From assembly GCA_043806915.1 (NCBI GenBank), contig JAZDGM010000131.1, forward strand, positions 1 to 10,196: 10,196 nucleotides of DNA, read 5' to 3'. Position 1 is the stretch's first letter; each line of letters begins with the position of its first letter. The notes under the pieces are model-generated. The model ran no database searches. It was not told the origin of the DNA and worked only from the letters and a program-made list of their open reading frames with translations. Position numbers and translations under genes: made by a program. Source of the DNA: Pseudomonadota bacterium (GTDB taxonomy: Bacteria; Desulfobacterota; Desulfarculia; Adiutricales; JAGVGV01). Shown piece by piece: positions 6,954 through 10,196 of this stretch.

Positions 6954-8480
6954 TTACCTTTCGACCGGGGTCGCGGGTTTCGCGGCGGCGGTCGCTTCGA
7001 TTTCCAGTTCCCTTTCCGGTTCGCGCCTGGGCCGACCCAGGTATTCGGGCAAGTCCAATCCGGCCATGGCGCAGAGTTCGTGCAGGGGGGGAAGGCTTTT
7101 GAACAGCCCCTGGACGGCTTGGCCGGCGCCGGCGTTGGAGCCTCCGTCCCAGACAGTGATTTTGTCGACCTTCAGGTTCCTGATGGCCTCGGTCTGGAGT
7201 CTGACCAATTCCGGGAGCTTTTCGACGATCAGTAGTTTGAAGGCGTTGTTGGGGTCCCCTCCGGCCGCTTGAACGATTCTCGCGAAACCCTCGGCTTGCT
7301 TGAGCAGCATGGCTTCCGCGCCCTCGGCCTGGGCCAGCAGCCTGGCCTTGATTCCTTCCGCCTCGGCCAGCATTTTCGCCTTGAGACCGGCGGCTTCTCC
7401 AGCCATTCGGTTCCGGACCAAATCGCCTTCACCCTCGCCTTGCCTGGACTGCCTTTCGGCCAGGGCCTCGGCGTCAATGACGGCCTTCCTTTTGTCGGCC
7501 TCGGCCTGGGGGACGGTATTGGCCAGCTTGGAAGCTTTATCGCGTTCGAGCCGCTCGCTCTCGGCTTCCCGCTCGGCCCGGTAGGCTTCCCGCAAAGCCT
7601 CGGCTTGCTTGATTTTTTCGGCGGTTATGGCCATGCGTTCGTATTCGGCCTTGGCTTCCCTCAGCACGGCCGATGATTCGGCCTCGATGTTGGCGGCTAG
7701 GTTTTCTCCCTTGACGGCTTCGGCGTTGGCGTTGGCGACGCCGATTCTTTCCAGTTGCTTGGCCTGGGCCACGGCCACTTCCTTTTCCTTGTTGGCCTCG
7801 GCTTCGCCTGTTTCGCCTCGCCGCACCTGTTCGGCCACGTCAATTTTAGCCTTGTTGATGGCCTCGGCCGCGGCGTTCCGACCCAGGGCCTCGATGTAGC
7901 CTGATTCGTCGGTAATGTCCTTGATATTGACGTTGATGACCCGGAGCCCGACCTTGGCCAATTCCCCTTCCACGTTATCCATGACGGCCTTTTGGAATTT
8001 TTCCCGGTCCCGGTTGATTTCCTCGATGGCCATGGTGGCGATGGTGGCGCGAAACTGGCCGAAAATGATGTCCATGGCCACATTGCGGACGTCCGTGGAT
8101 TGCAGCCCCAGGAGCCTGATGGCCGCATTTTCCATGACTCCCGGATCAGTGGATATGCCGACGGTAAAGGTCGAGGGCGCGTTGACGCGGATATTTTCGC
8201 GCGACAGGGCCCCGTTCAAGGGAATGTCTATGGCGATGGGAGAAAGTTCCAGGTATTTGTAGTCCTGGATCAGGGGCCAGATAAAAGCCGCGCCGCCATG
8301 GATGCAGCGGGCGAAAGCGGCCGAATCCGAACCCTTGGCCCGCCCCACCCGGCCGAAGATGACCAGGATTTGGTCCGAGGGGCAACGCTTGTATCTTTTT
8401 GCGGCGGCCAGAAAAGTGACCGACAGCACCAAGGCGAAGAGCAGTAGAACCATTCCCCAGACCACAAAATTTCCGATCAC
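6954..8480 (-). CDS. Flotillin / SPFH (band-7) family protein, YqiK/FloT-like
   Basis: The 508-aa product has an N-terminal TM helix (MIGNFVVWGMVLLLFALVLSVTFLAAA) and an SPFH core. It also has a long Glu/Ala-rich coiled-coil (AEAEANKEKEVAVAQAKQLER..., EAEGIKARLLAQAEGAEAMLLKQAEG) typical of bacterial flotillins. It starts with GTG, with GGGAGGA 6 nt upstream. It lies immediately downstream of an nfeD-like gene, as in yqiJK/yuaFG operons. Confidence 0.85.
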   Translation of the reverse strand: MIGNFVVWGMVLLLFALVLSVTFLAAAKRYKRCPSDQILVIFGRVGRAKGSDSAAFARCIHGGAAFIWPLIQDYKYLELSPIAIDIPLNGALSRENIRVNAPSTFTVGISTDPGVMENAAIRLLGLQSTDVRNVAMDIIFGQFRATIATMAIEEINRDREKFQKAVMDNVEGELAKVGLRVINVNIKDITDESGYIEALGRNAAAEAINKAKIDVAEQVRRGETGEAEANKEKEVAVAQAKQLERIGVANANAEAVKGENLAANIEAESSAVLREAKAEYERMAITAEKIKQAEALREAYRAEREAESERLERDKASKLANTVPQAEADKRKAVIDAEALAERQSRQGEGEGDLVRNRMAGEAAGLKAKMLAEAEGIKARLLAQAEGAEAMLLKQAEGFARIVQAAGGDPNNAFKLLIVEKLPELVRLQTEAIRNLKVDKITVWDGGSNAGAGQAVQGLFKSLPPLHELCAMAGLDLPEYLGRPRREPERELEIEATAAAKPATPVER

Positions 8481-8526
8481 GTGTTTTCCTCCCTTTGGTT
8501 AGCGGCGCGGGCTTGGCCGCCGCGTT

Positions 8527-9126
8527 TTAATCCCGATCAACGGTGAAAAAATTGCCGTCATAATCGATTATTCGAACAATGGTCCCTCGTTCCAGCCGGC
8601 CGGGGCGTGGATAAACGGCCGGGAACTCACGCTGGACGCCCCCGAATCGAACCGTGATCTTCCCCGGGGAGTTTTCCTCGATTTCCAGATACACCTCGGC
8701 CGCCAGACCGATGGCGTCGCGCGGGTCCATGGTCCCGTCGCTTTCCAAAGTGTTGAGAACGCGCATCAATTTGTACATGGCCCAGACAAATCCCGACCCC
8801 GCGGCCAACCCGACCACGGCGGCCGCCAGGCTGGGAAAACCGGTCCTCAAGGAGGCGTAGCCGGCGAAGCCATACCCCAGGGTAAAGGCGGAAAGATTGC
8901 GCAGAGTGAAAAAGCGAAGAAAGCCGAATCCGGAATCGTCGTCGTGATGTCCGAGCTGGCCGTGGTGTGAATCGACCTGGCTGAAGTCCGAACCCCCGAT
9001 ATCCGAATGGTCCATCGAACCCAGGTGATCCGCCCCGTCTCCTCCCAAAAAGGTGAGGACAGTTTGAAAGGCAAACACGACCAGGGCGATAACCCCTATC
9101 AATAGATATAGATATTCCTCTTTCAT
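8527..9126 (-). CDS. NfeD-like membrane protein (YqiJ/YuaF family; flotillin-associated, C-terminal OB-fold)
   Basis: The 199-aa product has an N-terminal TM, a His/Asp-rich loop (DGADHLGSMDHSDIGGSDFSQVDSHHGQLGHHDDDSG) and two further TM helices. Its C-terminal beta-rich segment (GKITVRFGGVQREFPAVYPRPGRLERGTIVRIIDYDGNFFTVDRD) matches the NfeD short-form architecture. The gene is 46 nt upstream of the flotillin gene on the same strand. Confidence 0.75.
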   Translation of the reverse strand: MKEEYLYLLIGVIALVVFAFQTVLTFLGGDGADHLGSMDHSDIGGSDFSQVDSHHGQLGHHDDDSGFGFLRFFTLRNLSAFTLGYGFAGYASLRTGFPSLAAAVVGLAAGSGFVWAMYKLMRVLNTLESDGTMDPRDAIGLAAEVYLEIEENSPGKITVRFGGVQREFPAVYPRPGRLERGTIVRIIDYDGNFFTVDRD

Positions 9127-9319
9127 ATCCCTTCGTCCTGGGGCTGGGACCCCGGTTGGGGATTATTAAACAATGGCGCGAAGCGGCGAAATCGCGGGAC
9201 TACTTTCGCTCTCGGTTTCTAATAAGGAAATAATAAAAACCCGCTGTTGTCAAGGCGTGTCGGCTCATTGATCCGATTTTGGGGTAGGTCTAGGGACGGG
9301 GCTGAAAAGCCCCGCTAGG

Positions 9320-9335
9320 GCGGGACATCCATCAG
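9320..9335. repeat. Fourth copy of GGACATCCAT motif (complement of ATGGATGTCC), 55 bp downstream of the 96-aa gene stop
   Basis: The octamer GACATCCA is exact at 9323-9330. Together with the 9917-10016 cluster, it brackets the small gene. Confidence 0.6.
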
Positions 9336-9388
9336 CCGGGGAAAACGGGTCGCGACGGCGTCGCCAACCCGTTTTCCAGCAGGTTAAA

Positions 9389-9679
9389 TCAGCCGTGATA
9401 CATCGGCCGGCCCATCTCCTCGAAGGAAAACAGTTCGAAGACCCGTTGCCCGTTGTAGTCAAGGCATCTCAGGTCTTCCTGTTCCTTCACGTCCTTGAGG
9501 GTCACATCGAAATGTTGGCCGTAGCGCTTGCGGCAGAGTTCCACATCGACTTCATACGCGATGTATTTCTTGAGCCCCTTGTTTCCCAGCCAGGCCGAGA
9601 CTTTTTCTCCGACCAAGTCCTCGCCGGTGGTCAGGATAAGAATGGGGCCGCTGCCGGAAAAGATAACTCCCGCTTTCAT
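9389..9679 (-). CDS. Hypothetical small soluble protein (96 aa)
   Basis: It begins MKAGVIFSGSGPILILTTGEDLVGEK. A strong RBS (AAAGGAGG) lies 6 nt upstream of the ATG at 9679. I recognise no family. The longer 146-aa ORF call upstream lacks an RBS. Confidence 0.5.
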   Translation of the reverse strand: MKAGVIFSGSGPILILTTGEDLVGEKVSAWLGNKGLKKYIAYEVDVELCRKRYGQHFDVTLKDVKEQEDLRCLDYNGQRVFELFSFEEMGRPMYHG

Positions 9680-9771
9680 CGCATGCCTCCTTTCTTGGAC
9701 GTTGACAAGTTGGGTGATTGTTGTCTGGTAACAGGCCACTTCACGCCGGAACAGGCGTCTACAATAAAATA

Positions 9772-9787
9772 TGCAAAATGCGCACCA
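9772..9787 (-). promoter_or_regulatory. Sigma-54 (-24/-12) promoter candidate TGGTGCG-N4-TTGCA
   Basis: The minus strand reads ccagtTGGTGCGcattTTGCAtatt. GG and GC are spaced exactly as in the TGGCACG-N4-TTGCW consensus, with 2 mismatches at weakly conserved positions. It lies ~95 nt upstream of the 96-aa gene start. Confidence 0.4.
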
Positions 9788-9832
9788 ACTGGAGCAGGCT
9801 TGGAGGGGCGTAACATCCTGAAAAATCATCCG

Positions 9833-9889
9833 AAAAAAGTAGGTTCACCACAGTGGGGCGCCCAACCCCCGCGTGGTGGCAGCTTTTTT
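9833..9889. terminator. Bidirectional intrinsic-terminator-like element: A6 - 12-bp bulged GC stem (CACCAC-a-GTGGGG / CCCCGC-GTGGTG, 8-nt loop) - T6
   Basis: Seen in sequence. The run aaaaaa is at 9833-9838. The stem spans 9846-9878, with one A bulge and one G-U pair. The run tttttt is at 9884-9889. It lies between the sigma-54 candidate and the TGGATGTC repeat cluster. Confidence 0.4.
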
Positions 9890-9916
9890 AACGGTTCGTA
9901 AAAAAAGCCTTCGGTC

Positions 9917-10016
9917 TGTAATTATATATAGGACATCCATTTATAAAAAAGAAAAGGACGCCATGCTTTTGCAAAATGGATGTCTATGTTTGTAATTGAA
10001 GGTGGATGTCATACAT
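9917..10016. repeat. Cluster of three TGGATGTC-core motifs (9932-9941 complement orientation; 9977-9986 and 10003-10012 direct), first two forming a 14-bp inverted pair TAGGACATCCATTT / AAATGGATGTCTA around an A-rich spacer
   Basis: Exact 8-mers are seen in the sequence. The flanking context is conserved (ata-GACATCCATTT). The cluster lies 150-250 bp upstream of the sigma-54 candidate. Confidence 0.7.
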
Positions 10017-10039
10017 AAACGGTCGGATTGAGTAAGGCT

Positions 10040-10089
10040 GGTTCCCAAGCTCTAGCTTGGGAACCTAGGCCAGGGAAGCTCCAGCTTCC
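10040..10089. repeat. Two adjacent GC-rich palindromes: GGTTCCCAAGC-tcta-GCTTGGGAACC (10040-10065) and GGAAGCT-cc-AGCTTCC (10074-10089)
   Basis: Both are perfect inverted repeats seen in the sequence. They are followed by a poly-C/G tract. They may be terminators of a gene beyond the window end, or REP-like elements. Confidence 0.6.
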
Positions 10090-10196
10090 TCACTCTCGAG
10101 ATGTAGCGCCCCGCCCCCGCCCAGAATCGCCGGCCAGGGGAGAGGCCTTGCCCGGCGCGCCGTCAGGCCTGGGTTCAACGAGACGGATGAAATTTC

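Noticed and set aside
6954-8480. Many ORFs overlapping the flotillin gene on either strand (e.g. 7269-7676 +, 7300-7584 +, 7609-7899 +, 7697-8128 -, 7915-8262 +, 7992-8447 +)
   Set aside because: They are Ala/Ser/Pro/Arg-rich low-complexity translations. These are mirror products of the GC-rich, Glu/Ala-repeat-encoding flotillin sequence. They have no RBS or start context, so they are shadow ORFs.
9389-9829. Longer 146-aa version of the minus-strand small gene
   Set aside because: It has no RBS at its upstream ATG and its N-terminal 50 aa are Cys/Arg-rich and low-complexity. The internal ATG at 9679 has a consensus AGGAGG at ideal spacing. The sigma-54 element would also lie inside the long version.
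9395-9901. 168-aa plus-strand ORF
   Set aside because: It is entirely antisense to the well-supported 96-aa minus gene (strong RBS) and its 5' UTR. It has no RBS. It spans the promoter and terminator elements.
1-10196. Search for CRISPR repeats, tRNA/rRNA, transposase or integrase genes
   Set aside because: There are no regularly spaced repeat-spacer arrays and no T-loop-like GGTTCGAATCC motifs. None of the ORF products shows DDE, tyrosine or serine recombinase signatures. The repeats found are short regulatory-style motifs instead.

Overview
GC-rich (~58-60%) bacterial chromosomal window. Its gene content and a sigma-54-type promoter suggest a Deltaproteobacteria/Desulfobacterota-like genome, but that is inference only. 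No rRNA, tRNA, CRISPR array or transposase was found.

Plus strand (723-5637): one tightly coupled three-gene operon.
- A 404-aa protein with a clear N-terminal STAS (SpoIIAA-like) domain and a ~290-aa C-terminal region I cannot assign.
- A 959-aa single-polypeptide ABC importer component. It is an RbsC/BPD_transp_2-type permease, then one extra TM helix, then two diverged tandem periplasmic substrate-binding domains (COG2984/ABC_sub_bind-type).
- A COG1101-type ABC ATPase.
- The operon is preceded by an AT-rich leader (100-720). It carries a perfect TATAAT, a 3 x 14-bp tandem repeat, a perfect 7-1-7 palindrome and a terminator-like hairpin plus T6 just ahead of the first start codon.

Minus strand (6123-9679):
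- A classical NfeD-like (YqiJ/YuaF) membrane protein and flotillin/SPFH (YqiK/FloT-like) pair.
- A small two-TM protein.
- A 96-aa hypothetical protein with a strong RBS and a good sigma-54 (-24/-12) promoter match.

Non-coding signals:
- The octamer TGGATGTC or its complement occurs four times exactly (one more variant at 10034), all in the intergenic DNA flanking the 96-aa gene.
- A related ~18-bp element (GTGGATGT..TATATATA) recurs at 6053 and 9917.
- There are several GC-rich palindromes, including two at the 3' window edge.
- A ~300-bp extremely GC-rich non-coding stretch (5790-6000) carries an internal 14-bp direct repeat.

The most unusual item is the STAS protein plus the self-contained permease-2xSBD ABC importer.
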